A stretch of 64,000 nucleotides of DNA from Candidatus Krumholzibacteriota bacterium (GCA_039714075.1 JBDLKA010000003.1:29417-93416); one strand, 5' to 3'; numbered from the stretch's first letter, positions 45,263 to 55,752 are shown. Notes: generated by a model from the letters alone, not told the origin. Translations and numbers: made by a program.

Positions 45263-46240
45263 TCAGGAGTTACCCTTGCCGATCTCGCTGAAATCCCCCA
45301 CGTTGATCTCCCCCCTGATCCCCGTCAGAATACACTCGTCGCCAACCAGGCTGCGGTCAAGGTCACAATCCTCCAGACGGCTTCCCGCCCCGATCACGCA
45401 GTCGCTGAGGCGACAATTTTTGATGACCGTACCGGGACCCACCGAAACGTTGGGGCCGACGGTCGAGGCGGTCACCACCGCGTCCGGAGCGATGCTGCAG
45501 GGCGCAACGACACCCTCGAGACTTTCCTGATCGGCGTTTCTTTCCAACAGGATGCGATTGGTCTGCAGCCAGGTGTCCTTCTTGCCGCAATCGTACCAGT
45601 CGGTCACCCCCACGGTGTTGAAGGGGATGCCCTCCTCCACCATCATCTGCAGGGCGTCCGTCAGCTGGTACTCGCCCCGGGTGCGGATATCCTCGGCGAC
45701 GATGCGGTCCAGGGCCCGCCACAGGGCGCCCCCGTCCCGAAAGAGATAGGCTCCCACGATGGCCAGGTTGCTGGGCGGCACTTCGGGTTTTTCCACGAAA
45801 CGCAGGACGGCGTCCCCATCCATCTCGACCACGCCGAAACGGCGCGGGTCGTCCACTTCCCGGACGGCGATCATGCTGTTGGTCGAGGCCAGCAGCGACG
45901 CATAGTCCGCCTTGAGGATCGTGTCTCCCAGGATGCAGAAAAACGGTTCGTCGCCCAGGGCCTCGCGCGCGGTCCAGATGGCGTGGCCCAGCCCCAGCCT
46001 TTCGGTCTGCTCGACGAAGGTGATGTCCAGGTGGGGACGCTCGCGCGTGAACCACCGCCGGACCTCGTCGCCGTGGTAACCGACGATCAGCACGAAGCCG
46101 TCGATGCCCGCGGCCGTCAGATCGTCCATGATATGGGCCAGAATGGGCTTGCCGGCCACAGGCAGCAGGGCTTTGGGCTTATTCAGGGTGTGGGGCCGTA
46201 GCCGGGTGCCTATCCCGGCGGCGGGTATGACGGCTTTCAT
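45263..46240 (-). CDS. Sugar-phosphate nucleotidyltransferase (long RmlA-like, with hexapeptide tail)
   Basis: MKAVIPAAGIGTRLRP...PK, GLGHA, EKP, RGEYQLTDA, WYDCG. Confidence 0.88.
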   Translation of the reverse strand: MKAVIPAAGIGTRLRPHTLNKPKALLPVAGKPILAHIMDDLTAAGIDGFVLIVGYHGDEVRRWFTRERPHLDITFVEQTERLGLGHAIWTAREALGDEPFFCILGDTILKADYASLLASTNSMIAVREVDDPRRFGVVEMDGDAVLRFVEKPEVPPSNLAIVGAYLFRDGGALWRALDRIVAEDIRTRGEYQLTDALQMMVEEGIPFNTVGVTDWYDCGKKDTWLQTNRILLERNADQESLEGVVAPCSIAPDAVVTASTVGPNVSVGPGTVIKNCRLSDCVIGAGSRLEDCDLDRSLVGDECILTGIRGEINVGDFSEIGKGNS

Positions 46241-46296
46241 GCAATCTCCAGTGCGCAACGCGCCCGGTCATCAATACCGGGCACGGTATCTGTTGG

Positions 46297-47373
46297 TCAG
46301 CCGAGTTCTTCCTTCAACCTGGTGATGCGGTCGACCGGCAAAGGATCGACCCCTGTCAAACGGGCCAGATGGCAGGAAAGGAAATCGCCGTATTGTACCA
46401 GCGACATGGTGCGTTCCAGAACGCCGGACGCGGCGGAAGTGATCTCATGGATTTCCCGGAATTCCCCGTCCAGCAACCGGCGGGTCAATTCCACCCGGCG
46501 ATCGATCCGTGGATTGTCGCTCAATCCCCGCAGAATGAGAAGGACGAAACGGTCCCGGTCAGCCGGGGCGAGACTCCAACCGACCAGGTCGTTGTGGTTC
46601 AGTTCCGGGAATGACGCCAGGCAGGCCGGCACCTTGCTGTTTTCATTCAACTGGGCCTTGAGCCGCAACCCGGCGGCGTGCGCTTCGGTTCCCGCGGTGT
46701 AGATGACCGCCGTTTTGCCCTGGAGAACAGCGGCCAGTTCGGCGGCGGCGATATTCCCTTCGGGATCGGCCGCGGTCGCCGGGGTTTCGCCTCCATCGGC
46801 GGACACCGGTGACAACCGTGAATCACGATGTTCGTTCAGCATCCGGGCGGCCCCGGAAATGGCTCCGGCGGCATCGGCAATCAGTCCCAAACGCCCCAGG
46901 CAGCGAACCAGGGCTCCCAGGCCCAGTCCCAGCGACGCACGCGGCGGCAGACCTCCGGGCAGGATAACGGCGGGGAATCCCTCCTGCGAAGCCATGTCAC
47001 CCAGCGATCCCCCGGAAGTGATGGCCAGGCGTCCGCAGCCACGGGACGCCGCTTCCCGGGCGCCGGACAGGGTTTCCTCGGTGTCGCCCGAATAGCTGCT
47101 GCAAATGACCAGGTCGGAGGGGCCGACCCAATGGGGCAAGCCATAGTCCCGCCAGACCTGCAACGACACCGATCCGGCGGCCAGCAAAGGCTGGACCAGG
47201 TCTCCGGCAATGGCGGAACCCCCCATCCCGCACAAGACGATCCGGCCGCATCCCTCGGGCAGGGGCTCCACCCCGTCCAGGCCCGCAAGATGCGCGCTGT
47301 CCAGAAGCTGGTCTCCCAGGGCATGGACCAGCCCGAACATGTGCTCGGTGCCGTCTGACGATCCCTTGCTCAT
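46297..47373 (-). CDS. Bifunctional phosphoglucose/phosphomannose isomerase (SIS)
   Basis: GMGGSAIAGD, SSYSGDTEET, PRAS, QLNENSK, PELNHN. Confidence 0.9.
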   Translation of the reverse strand: MSKGSSDGTEHMFGLVHALGDQLLDSAHLAGLDGVEPLPEGCGRIVLCGMGGSAIAGDLVQPLLAAGSVSLQVWRDYGLPHWVGPSDLVICSSYSGDTEETLSGAREAASRGCGRLAITSGGSLGDMASQEGFPAVILPGGLPPRASLGLGLGALVRCLGRLGLIADAAGAISGAARMLNEHRDSRLSPVSADGGETPATAADPEGNIAAAELAAVLQGKTAVIYTAGTEAHAAGLRLKAQLNENSKVPACLASFPELNHNDLVGWSLAPADRDRFVLLILRGLSDNPRIDRRVELTRRLLDGEFREIHEITSAASGVLERTMSLVQYGDFLSCHLARLTGVDPLPVDRITRLKEELG

Positions 47374-49127
47374 CACTCCTGATCTCCCGGTTCGCGTTGG
47401 CGTTTCCGCGCGGCAATGTAGTCGGCCAACCAGCGGTCCGCTTCCTCAGCCGTACCGAGTTCGAGCAATTCGTCGACCACCCGCCTGGCTTCGGTGTAGT
47501 CCGTCCACCTGATGACCTGTTTGATCTTGGGCAGGGCCGCGCCGTGCAGACTGATCTCATCCAGCCCCAGTCCCAGCAGCACTTCGGCCAATCTCGTTTC
47601 CGAACCCATCTCACCGCACAGCCCGACGGGAATGCCGGCCCGGTGTCCGGCTTCCACGGTCAGCCGGATGCTGCGCAGGATGGCGGGATGCAGCGGTTTG
47701 TACAAATAGCTGACCCGGCTGTTGCCCCGGTCCATGGCCAACGTGTACTGGATGAGATCGTTGGTGCCGATACTGAAGAAGTCGCATTCGGCCGCGAGGA
47801 GATCCGCCGCCAGCACGGCCGAAGGGGTTTCGATCATGATGCCCACCGGAAGATCCGGATCATGCTCCAGACCCTGGGCCGACAGTTCCTCCAGGGCCTC
47901 GGCCACCACCAGCCGGGCCTCGCGCAATTCCTCCAGACCGGTGACCATAGGGAACATCAACTTGACCCGGCCGGCCGCGCCGGCGCGGTGGATGGCCTTG
48001 ATCTGGGTCTTGAACAGCAGACGGTTGGCCAGGGAAAACCTGATGCCGCGCCAACCCAGGAACGGATTGTATTCCCGCTTGGCTCCCAGATAGTCCGACA
48101 CCTTGTCCCCCCCCACGTCCAGCGTGCGGAAGATCACCGGCCGGCCGTCCATGCGCCTGACGATCTCGGAATAGACCCGGACCTGCTCGTCCTCGGTGGG
48201 AATGGTGTGGTGCTGGAAAAAAAGATATTCGGTGCGCAGCAGACCGATGCCCTCTGCACCGCGCGCCAGGGCTTCCTCCACTTCCACCGGCAATTCGATG
48301 TTGGCCATCATCTCGACCCGGCGTCCGTCCGGAGTGACCGCCTCGGCATCCTTGAGGTGTTCCAGCTTCTGATTGATCACGACCTGCTGCCGGGTCAGCA
48401 GGTTGTACCTGTCAAGGGTCTCCTGGTCCGGATCGGCAACCAGCAGGCCGTCCGTGCCGTCGACCGCGACCTGATCGCCCGCCTGCAGGGCCACGGCCCG
48501 CCCCTTGAGACCGACGACCGCCGGCACGCCGATCGACCGGGCCAGGATGGCCACGTGGCTGGTGTTCCCGCCTTCGTCCATCGCGAAGCCCAGAACGTTG
48601 TGGCGCCCCAGCAGGGCGGTGTCGCTGGGAGTCAGGTTGCGCGCGGCGATGACGGAGGGGATTTCGGGGGGCACCAGATGGGGCCCGTCCGTGTCCCCGA
48701 AGCCGCGCAGCACACGTTGTTCGACGTCGCGCAGATCATTGACGCGCTCACGAAAGGTTTCGTCCTCGATCTCCAGGAACCGGGCCGCCAGGTCGCCCAC
48801 CGTGCGGGCGAACGCGGCCTCGGCGTTGATCCTTTCCAGACGGATCACGGCCAGGGTGGCGTCCCAGACCATTTCATCGTCCAGGATCAAAAGCTGGCTG
48901 GACAGGATTTCACTGCCTTCGGGGCCGAGTTCGCTGGCCAGGCGGTCGATCAATTCGCGCAGACCGGTCCTGGCCTTTTCCACAGCCGTTCCGAAGCGCT
49001 TGATCTCCGCGGGGACTTCTTCCAGGAGCAGGGTGCGGCGCACCGGCACGATGGCTCTCTGCCGGATGGCGTGCACGGGGCCTGCGGCATAACCAGGAGA
49101 AGCGGCAATGCCTTGAAAAGTGTCCAT
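47373..49127 (-). CDS. ptsI: PTS enzyme I
   Basis: TSHVAILARS, GIGLLRTE, NPFLGWRGIR, FFSIGTNDLIQY, CGE. Confidence 0.96.
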   Translation of the reverse strand: MDTFQGIAASPGYAAGPVHAIRQRAIVPVRRTLLLEEVPAEIKRFGTAVEKARTGLRELIDRLASELGPEGSEILSSQLLILDDEMVWDATLAVIRLERINAEAAFARTVGDLAARFLEIEDETFRERVNDLRDVEQRVLRGFGDTDGPHLVPPEIPSVIAARNLTPSDTALLGRHNVLGFAMDEGGNTSHVAILARSIGVPAVVGLKGRAVALQAGDQVAVDGTDGLLVADPDQETLDRYNLLTRQQVVINQKLEHLKDAEAVTPDGRRVEMMANIELPVEVEEALARGAEGIGLLRTEYLFFQHHTIPTEDEQVRVYSEIVRRMDGRPVIFRTLDVGGDKVSDYLGAKREYNPFLGWRGIRFSLANRLLFKTQIKAIHRAGAAGRVKLMFPMVTGLEELREARLVVAEALEELSAQGLEHDPDLPVGIMIETPSAVLAADLLAAECDFFSIGTNDLIQYTLAMDRGNSRVSYLYKPLHPAILRSIRLTVEAGHRAGIPVGLCGEMGSETRLAEVLLGLGLDEISLHGAALPKIKQVIRWTDYTEARRVVDELLELGTAEEADRWLADYIAARKRQREPGDQE

Positions 49128-49130
49128 GGT

Positions 49131-49409
49131 CTACTGCTGATCCTCGGCTATCGCCAGGTCGACCTCGATCAATTTGACAAGCTTTTGCAGGGCGTCATCC
49201 TCGTCATTGCCGCACACCTCGATGACGACTTCGGTCCCGAACTCCGCCGCCAGACTCGCCAGGCCCATGATGCTTTTGGCATTGGCGGCCCGGCCATTGT
49301 ACCGGATGGTGACATCGGAAGCGAAGGTTTTGGTCAATTTAACGATCCGCCCGGCGGCACGTAGATGGAAACCTACCGGATCGGATACGGTCGCGGTCAC
49401 AGTCTTCAA
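49131..49409 (-). CDS. ptsH: Phosphocarrier HPr
   Basis: GFHLRAA (His15), NAKSIMGL (Ser46); TTG start. Confidence 0.9.
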   Translation of the reverse strand: MKTVTATVSDPVGFHLRAAGRIVKLTKTFASDVTIRYNGRAANAKSIMGLASLAAEFGTEVVIEVCGNDEDDALQKLVKLIEVDLAIAEDQQ

Positions 49410-49471
49410 TGGTGGTGTCCCTTGGAAATTTCGAAAGCGATTGTCAGCCCCATAATTTAACCCTCAAACGA

Positions 49472-50263
49472 TCAAATAGCAAAAGTCAGCGCCAGGGCCA
49501 GGATCAGGGCCGCCAATATCATGACCTCCCCCGGCAGACGCTTCCGCAACACCACCGGCAGGCCCATGCCCAGCCCGGTTCCGATCCACAGCATTCCCCG
49601 GCCCGGCGACACGCCCGTGTCGGCGGCCTGGGCCAGATACAAGCCGATGACCATGCCGGTCAGGATCATTCCCGCCCGTTTGGTCCGGGCGATCCACACA
49701 TGCCAGCGCCGGTCGAAAAGCAGGTCCACGATGTCCATGCCCAACTGGTAGCCGCGCTGCAGAGCCACCCAGCGCAAAACCAGCTGGGAAATCGCAAAAG
49801 CCCCGAGAATGACCATGATGGAGGAAATCCGGCCCAGCAAACCCGCGAAACAGATCAGCATGACCAGCGTGGGCCGCAGTCCCAGCCAGAACAGCTGGTC
49901 CCCCATCGAGGCCAGCGCCCGGCCCACCGAATCCCGGAAGGTTCCGATGAACCCGGGTTCGACCTCGGCGCCCGCGGCGCGGTCTTCCTCCAGCCTGACC
50001 AGCCCCCCGATCAGAAAATTGGCCAGGTAGGGGTTGGTATTGAAAAACCCGTAGTAGCGACGGCAAAAGACCCGGTCCCGGTTGACGTGGCGCTGCCTGA
50101 GCCGCAGCCAGGGCAGGACATTCCACAGCAGGCCCAGGTTCTGCATGCGCTGGTGGTTCCAGGAGGCCTGCAGGGTCAGCGACCGGAAAAACAGGGACCA
50201 TTGCAGCCCACCGGGCAGCCGGACCCGGGGCCCTGCGGATTTGCGGGTCAAATCGGGGTTCAC
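49472..50263 (-). CDS. PTS mannose/fructose/sorbose class EIID
   Basis: QASWNHQRMQNLG, FFNTNP, LASMGDQLFW. GTG 50263 overlaps the EIIC stop. Confidence 0.88.
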   Translation of the reverse strand: MNPDLTRKSAGPRVRLPGGLQWSLFFRSLTLQASWNHQRMQNLGLLWNVLPWLRLRQRHVNRDRVFCRRYYGFFNTNPYLANFLIGGLVRLEEDRAAGAEVEPGFIGTFRDSVGRALASMGDQLFWLGLRPTLVMLICFAGLLGRISSIMVILGAFAISQLVLRWVALQRGYQLGMDIVDLLFDRRWHVWIARTKRAGMILTGMVIGLYLAQAADTGVSPGRGMLWIGTGLGMGLPVVLRKRLPGEVMILAALILALALTFAI

Positions 50264-51024
50264 GGCAACACCTCGGACAGGTAGCGGGCGGCGAAAAAGG
50301 TTCCGACCATACCCAGGGCAACCCAGTGCCAACTCGATTTCAGTCCGTAACGGTCGATGAGGGTTCCCACACCCAACCCCGGCAACAACAGCGGCAACAT
50401 CCCCAGTGCTGTCTGGAGCCACCGGGGCAGATGGGCATACCAGGGCACCCAGAGGCCGTACATGAACAGGGTGAAAAGGATTGCGGAAAACAGGCCCCGA
50501 ACGAATGTCGTCAACAGGCAGCGGTTGTGGAGACCTTCGATCCTGCCCAGGCGACCGTCGCGCAGGCTGCGCAGACCTTCCAGCATCCAGATTCCGTTGG
50601 TCCTGCGCTCGGCCTGGATCAGGGGATGGCCCAGCATGCTCAACAATCCGGTCCCCAGGATGACCCACCCCAGCAGGGGCAGGGTGCCGCCCGGATCCGC
50701 GAGTATGACGGGAGACAAAGGCCGGCCGGCCAGCAGCGAACCTGCCACCGCGGCGACGGCGGCGCTGGTGGGATCGCCCGTGAAGGTCTGTCCCACCGGA
50801 AGATTGCCCGAAAGCACCAGCTGCAGGGGCAACCCCACGGCCAGGCCGGTGACCGGATCCCCGAACAGATACCCGGTCAGAACCGCGGCCGGCAATGGTT
50901 GGCCGAACCAGGTCTGGGCGACGGCGGTGTCATCGAGGGCCAGCAGGCCGGCCAGCAACCCGAGAACAAGCAGGGCCGGAAGATTGGGATCGGAAACGAG
51001 ACCCGGAGGGACCCAGGGGATCAT
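50260..51024 (-). CDS. PTS mannose/fructose/sorbose class EIIC
   Basis: LALDD...Q..FGQPL, GD..TGL.VG..LQL...PVG; hydrophobic; sits between EIIB and EIID. Confidence 0.82.
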   Translation of the reverse strand: MIPWVPPGLVSDPNLPALLVLGLLAGLLALDDTAVAQTWFGQPLPAAVLTGYLFGDPVTGLAVGLPLQLVLSGNLPVGQTFTGDPTSAAVAAVAGSLLAGRPLSPVILADPGGTLPLLGWVILGTGLLSMLGHPLIQAERRTNGIWMLEGLRSLRDGRLGRIEGLHNRCLLTTFVRGLFSAILFTLFMYGLWVPWYAHLPRWLQTALGMLPLLLPGLGVGTLIDRYGLKSSWHWVALGMVGTFFAARYLSEVLP

Positions 51025-51521
51025 CGGAATTGTTCCCCCATCTGCTGGATCTGCGCCTGGTCGAACACATGTTCGCGGCCGCCGGGAACCTGCTGGGCCG
51101 ACAGGTCGGCCCCCATCTCAAGCAGGCGGGCGAATGCCGTCAGATCCTGGCGGTCAACGTAGACGAAGGGCAGCATTTCGCGCTTGCCCGCGCTGAAGTG
51201 CAGACCCCCGACGTTTACTTCGTTGACGGGAATACCGATCCGGACAAGTTCGGCCATCTCCTCGGGGGAACCCGTCAAAAGCAGAACCCGCTCGGCGGAA
51301 TTTTCCGGATCGGCGAGGCAGGCGGCGGCCTTGGCCACCGGCAGAATGGAAACCCTGATACCGGGAGGAACGGTGCTGGAGTAGACCTTTTTCTGCCAGG
51401 GATCGGCGGCGATGGCGTTGTTGGCCAGCAGAATGCGGTCGGGCTGCAGTTGCTCGCTCCACCCGACGGTCACTTGGCCATGAATGAGGCGGTCATCGAT
51501 CCGTGCCAGGACCACCGGCAT
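51021..51521 (-). CDS. PTS mannose/fructose/sorbose class EIIB
   Basis: RIDDRLIHGQV, VNVGG. Confidence 0.93.
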   Translation of the reverse strand: MPVVLARIDDRLIHGQVTVGWSEQLQPDRILLANNAIAADPWQKKVYSSTVPPGIRVSILPVAKAAACLADPENSAERVLLLTGSPEEMAELVRIGIPVNEVNVGGLHFSAGKREMLPFVYVDRQDLTAFARLLEMGADLSAQQVPGGREHVFDQAQIQQMGEQFR

Positions 51522-51922
51522 CAGCGGCCTCCCACCTGGACGATGGCCTCGCGGCCCTTCTGGACGGTCTTGGCCACCAGATCACCAAAATCCCCGGTAT
51601 CGCGCCAGGTCACGAATCCCAGCAGCATCGCCAGGTTGACGCCGCTGATGATGGCCGCATCCGGATCGTCGCCGCAGGCCAGCTGGGCGCTGGTGGCACA
51701 GCTGCCGCCATAGTCGTCCAGCAGCACCAGTTTCTGGTCGGGTTCGGTGTCGTCGTCCGGTCCCGCTCCCAGCCAGTCCTTGATTTCGGCCGTGATGTCG
51801 ATGGCCGACTTCCCCATGTTGGACATGGCGGTCAGCCCTTCCACCGGACCGAGGATCATCTCGGTGACCCGGACCAGTTCCCGGCCGATATCGCCGTGTG
51901 TGATCACCAGGGCCCTGATCAT
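51521..51922 (-). CDS. PTS mannose/fructose class EIIA
   Basis: LVITHG, DDYGGS, GVNLAML. Start ATG 51922. Confidence 0.9.
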   Translation of the reverse strand: MIRALVITHGDIGRELVRVTEMILGPVEGLTAMSNMGKSAIDITAEIKDWLGAGPDDDTEPDQKLVLLDDYGGSCATSAQLACGDDPDAAIISGVNLAMLLGFVTWRDTGDFGDLVAKTVQKGREAIVQVGGR

Positions 51923-51944
51923 CGGGGCACCATCCCTTCCCGGA

Positions 51945-52913
51945 TCATTCCCGATCCTGATCCAGGTAACTGCGCAGGCGTTTGCTCGAGCGCATGGACT
52001 CCAGAATGCGGTCGTTGAGGATCTGGGCCGCATCGTACCCGTAGACCTTCAGCATGAAATTGAGGGCGATGACCTCGCTGATCACCGTGATGTTCTTGCC
52101 CGGGTACAAGGGAACGACCACCTGGGGAATATTCACCCCGAGGACTTCCGTAAAACGGTTTTCCATGCCCACCCGTTCGTAGTCCACGGAGTCGTCCCAC
52201 TCCTGCAGCTGGACTTCGACCTCGACCCGCTTCTGCATGCGGATGGCGCGGATGCCGAAAATCGCCTGCACGTCGATGACGCCGATGCCGCGGATTTCCA
52301 GATGGTGCCGCAGCACCTCGCGGTACCGGCCGATCAGCACGTCTTCGGTGGTGCGGGTGATCTCCACGATGTCGTCGGCGACCAGACGGTGGCCGCGTTC
52401 GATGAGATCCAGGGCGCATTCGCTTTTGCCGATGCCGCTGCGGCCGGTGAACAGGAGACCCACCCCGTAGACGTCCACCAGGGTGCCGTGAACCTCGGTC
52501 CGGGGGGAAAAGGCTTTTTCCAGGTGGTGGGAGAGCTCGGAAATGAACTCCACCGCGGTCAGGGCCGAGCGGATCAGGGGAAATTTCCGTTCCCCGATCA
52601 GGTCCATGATAGGGCGGGGCACGTCCTGATCCATGGCCACGAAAATCACCGGCGGGTCCAGGCTCAGGACCCGCTCGACGGCGGCTTTCTGTTCCGCCGG
52701 TTCCTGGGTCGAGAGAAAGGCGGTCTCCGACTCCCCCAAAACCTGGATCCGACGGGGCAGGAAATTCTCCGCGTATCCCATCAGGGCCATGCCCGGACGG
52801 TGGACGTCCGCCGCGTGGACCAGGACCGGCTCGGCGGGAAGGTCGGTCAAAAGTTCGAGAAGCAGGGACTCCTTGAGCTCTTCATATAAATCCTGGATCG
52901 TGACCCTGTTCAT
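51945..52913 (-). CDS. hprK: HPr kinase/phosphorylase
   Basis: HGTLVDVYGVG, GRSGIGKSE, LVADD, LEIRGIG. Confidence 0.97.
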   Translation of the reverse strand: MNRVTIQDLYEELKESLLLELLTDLPAEPVLVHAADVHRPGMALMGYAENFLPRRIQVLGESETAFLSTQEPAEQKAAVERVLSLDPPVIFVAMDQDVPRPIMDLIGERKFPLIRSALTAVEFISELSHHLEKAFSPRTEVHGTLVDVYGVGLLFTGRSGIGKSECALDLIERGHRLVADDIVEITRTTEDVLIGRYREVLRHHLEIRGIGVIDVQAIFGIRAIRMQKRVEVEVQLQEWDDSVDYERVGMENRFTEVLGVNIPQVVVPLYPGKNITVISEVIALNFMLKVYGYDAAQILNDRILESMRSSKRLRSYLDQDRE

Positions 52914-52945
52914 CGGGCTCCCCTGCTGCCGGGCGGCCGAGCCGC

Positions 52946-53476
52946 TCAGCCGTTGGTGTATTCCATGTGGCCGAGTTCCCCGTCCGACCGGCGATAGATC
53001 ACACCGAGGCGATCATTGTCTACATTGCGGAACACGAGGAACGGCAGTTCGTCACCGGCGAATTTCGCCTGCGCGCCGGCCACGTCCATGTCCAGCAGGA
53101 CCAATCCCTCGGGTGACCCCGCCCCCGGTTCGGGCAGGCCGGCATCGGCCAGCATGGCCTTGCCCAGGCCGCCGCCTTCGCCCTTCTGCTTGCCGCTGAT
53201 CTTGCCCTTGAACTTGGCCAGCTGCTTGCGCAGGTTCTCGTTCATTTCGTTGACGGCGTATTCCGGCTCCATGCCCTCGGCCTTGGCCCTGAATTCATGG
53301 CTCTTCAGATACAGGACACTGTCGGCGAAAAACCGGCCCGCCTCGTGGGTGATGGTCATCTTCATCGATTCCACGGGTCGGGGCGAAAACCTGACCAGCT
53401 TTTCCACCGCCGCTTCGATCATCTCCCGCTGATCGTCCCCCATGGTGAAATGCCTGGCATTGATTTCCAACTGCAT
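52946..53476 (-). CDS. hpf: Ribosome hibernation promoting factor, long form
   Basis: MQLEINARH start, FLVFRN...VIYRRSDG C-terminal domain; directly after rpoN. Confidence 0.85.
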   Translation of the reverse strand: MQLEINARHFTMGDDQREMIEAAVEKLVRFSPRPVESMKMTITHEAGRFFADSVLYLKSHEFRAKAEGMEPEYAVNEMNENLRKQLAKFKGKISGKQKGEGGGLGKAMLADAGLPEPGAGSPEGLVLLDMDVAGAQAKFAGDELPFLVFRNVDNDRLGVIYRRSDGELGHMEYTNG

Positions 53477-53520
53477 GGCGTCCTCCTTCGCTAGGTTAGA
53501 AAACGGGGCTCCGGATAGGA

Positions 53521-54948
53521 TCAGAACTGCTTGCGCATCCTGGCGCTCAGAATTCCCATCTGCTCCCGGTATTTCGCCACGGTTCGCCGGGCGATTTTAA
53601 GCCCCTTCTCCTGCAACATGTCTACAATTTTCTTATCCGACAAGGGTTTGGCGGTATTCTCACCCTTGATGATTTCCTGGATCATGATCTTGACCGCCTT
53701 GGCGGCCACCTCGGTGCCGTCGTTCGAATCCAGACCCGCGCTGAAGAAGTATTTCAGGGGGAAGACCCCGCGCGGCGTCTGCACGTATTTCTGGCGGGTG
53801 ACCCTGGACACGGTCGATTCGTGCATCCCGATGGTCGAGGCGACCTGCTGCAGGGTCAGCGGACGCAAAGCGATGGCGCCCTTCTCGAAAAAATCCTTCT
53901 GCTCGCCCACGATGGCCTCCATGACCTTGATCATGGTCCGGCGGCGCTGCTCGATGGTCTTGATGACCCATTCGGCGTGGCGCTTCTTGTCGTCGATGAA
54001 CTTGACGGCGTCCTCGTTGCCCTTGGCCGTGCCTTCGTAGGCCTGGCTGACCCGCAACCGGGGCAGGTTCGAGTCGTTCAGGTAGACCGCGTACTCATCC
54101 CCTTCTTCATCCACCTTGACCACTTCAAGGTCCGGGACGATGGCCCGGGCGCCCTCGGCGTTTTCCGACAGGCCGGGCCTGGGATCCAGTTCCCCGATCC
54201 TCTGGGCGATGGTCTGGACTTCCTTGGGAGTGATCTTCATTTCCCGGGCGATGTCGCTGAACTTGCGGTTTTTCAGCGCTTCGAAATGATGGGTGATGAC
54301 GTGGGCCTCGTCGGAGTCGGCCAACCCGCGCGCGGCCAACTGCAGCAGCAGGCATTCCTGCAGGTCGCGGGCCGCCACGCCGGGAGGGTCGAAGCCCTGG
54401 ACGACTTCCAGGACCGCGGCCACTTCCTCTTCTTCCACTTCATAATAGGCGGCGATCTCGGACAGGGGACAATCCAGCAGGCCGTCTTCGTTCAGGCAGC
54501 CGATGATGTACTCGCCGATCATCCGCTGGACACCCTCGGGCACCGCCAGCTGCAGCTGGTCGGAGAGATCCTCCTGGCCGGAGGGGATGTACTTCTGAGG
54601 CCGTTCCAGGTCGTCGTACTCGTCGTAGCCCTGCTCATTGGTGGTGCCGCGGAAACCCTCGTCCCAGCTGTCGCCCCAATCCCGGTCCTCGTCCTGGGGG
54701 TCCACATCCTTCTCCCGGACCTTTTCGTCCAGGTCGGCGTTGGCACGATCCCGGAGGGTGGCCTCCTCCAGTTCCTCTTCCGGTTCGATCTCCTCGAGCA
54801 GGGGATTGCCCTGCAGCTCGTGCCGGAGAATCTGCTCGAGTTCCAGGGTGGGAACCTGCAAAAGTTTCAGGGCCTGCTGGAGTCGTTGGGTCATGACCAG
54901 CTGCTGACGCAGCTGCATGCTCTGTCGTAATCCTATGTTGGGACCCAT
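53521..54948 (-). CDS. rpoN: RNA polymerase sigma-54 factor
   Basis: Gln/Leu-rich region I, HESTVSR, RpoN box ARRTVAKYRE. Confidence 0.99.
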   Translation of the reverse strand: MGPNIGLRQSMQLRQQLVMTQRLQQALKLLQVPTLELEQILRHELQGNPLLEEIEPEEELEEATLRDRANADLDEKVREKDVDPQDEDRDWGDSWDEGFRGTTNEQGYDEYDDLERPQKYIPSGQEDLSDQLQLAVPEGVQRMIGEYIIGCLNEDGLLDCPLSEIAAYYEVEEEEVAAVLEVVQGFDPPGVAARDLQECLLLQLAARGLADSDEAHVITHHFEALKNRKFSDIAREMKITPKEVQTIAQRIGELDPRPGLSENAEGARAIVPDLEVVKVDEEGDEYAVYLNDSNLPRLRVSQAYEGTAKGNEDAVKFIDDKKRHAEWVIKTIEQRRRTMIKVMEAIVGEQKDFFEKGAIALRPLTLQQVASTIGMHESTVSRVTRQKYVQTPRGVFPLKYFFSAGLDSNDGTEVAAKAVKIMIQEIIKGENTAKPLSDKKIVDMLQEKGLKIARRTVAKYREQMGILSARMRKQF

Positions 54949-55011
54949 ATCGAGTGCGCCTTCCTTTGACCTTGTCAGACCGGGGATCCATCCGCGGCCG
55001 TTGAAATCCGG

Positions 55012-55752
55012 TTACAGCCGGAACTTTTCACCCAGGTAGATTTCCCGGGCCTTGTCTGATGCCACGATTTCCTGCGCGCTTCCGGACAATTCGATCCTGC
55101 CCTCGAACAGGATGTAGGCCCGGTCGGTTATGTTCAGGGTCTCGCGGACGTTGTGATCCGTGATGAGGACACCCAGACCCTGGTCGCGCAGCTGGGAGAC
55201 CACGGTCTGCAGATCCGCCACGGCGATGGGGTCGATCCCCGCGAAGGGTTCGTCCAGGAGCATGAACTTGGGCTCGGTCACCAGCGCCCGCGCGATTTCC
55301 ACCCGCCGGCGTTCACCGCCCGAAAGTTCGTAACCCTTGTTTTTGCGGATGTGGCTGACACCCATCATGTCCAGGAGTTCATCCCGGCGGCGGTTGCGGT
55401 CGGCCCGGTCCATCCTGAGGCTCTGCAACACCGCCATGACATTGTCCTCGACCGACAGCTGCCGGAAAATCGAGGACTCCTGGGGCAGGTAGCCGATCCC
55501 CAACCGGGCCCGCTTGTACATGGGCAGCCGGGAGATGTCCCGATCGTCGATATGGACCTTGCCCCCATCCGGGGTGATGAAGCCCACGATCATGTAGAAG
55601 GACGTGGTCTTGCCGGCCCCGTTGGGTCCGAGCAGGCCCACGACTTCTCCCTGGCGCAATTCGAGATCCACTCCGTCGACAACCGCCCGGCCGCGGTAGA
55701 CCTTGCGCAGCCCCTTGGCTTTCAGAGTGGTGAAAATTGGATTAGCGGTCAC
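55012..55752 (-). CDS. lptB: LPS export ABC ATPase
   Basis: [47 protein letters not shown]. Confidence 0.96.
   Translation of the reverse strand: MTANPIFTTLKAKGLRKVYRGRAVVDGVDLELRQGEVVGLLGPNGAGKTTSFYMIVGFITPDGGKVHIDDRDISRLPMYKRARLGIGYLPQESSIFRQLSVEDNVMAVLQSLRMDRADRNRRRDELLDMMGVSHIRKNKGYELSGGERRRVEIARALVTEPKFMLLDEPFAGIDPIAVADLQTVVSQLRDQGLGVLITDHNVRETLNITDRAYILFEGRIELSGSAQEIVASDKAREIYLGEKFRL

Noticed and set aside
45178..45270. SAM riboswitch before metK (TTATC...GAG-like strings)
   Set aside because: The strings are on the wrong strand and the gap is only about 85 bp.
50264..50668. Apparent N-terminal extensions or fusions in the ORF track (EIID; also uvrB, kdsD, rplU, coaX)
   Set aside because: They overlap upstream genes or leaders; better downstream starts exist with an SD or stop/start coupling.
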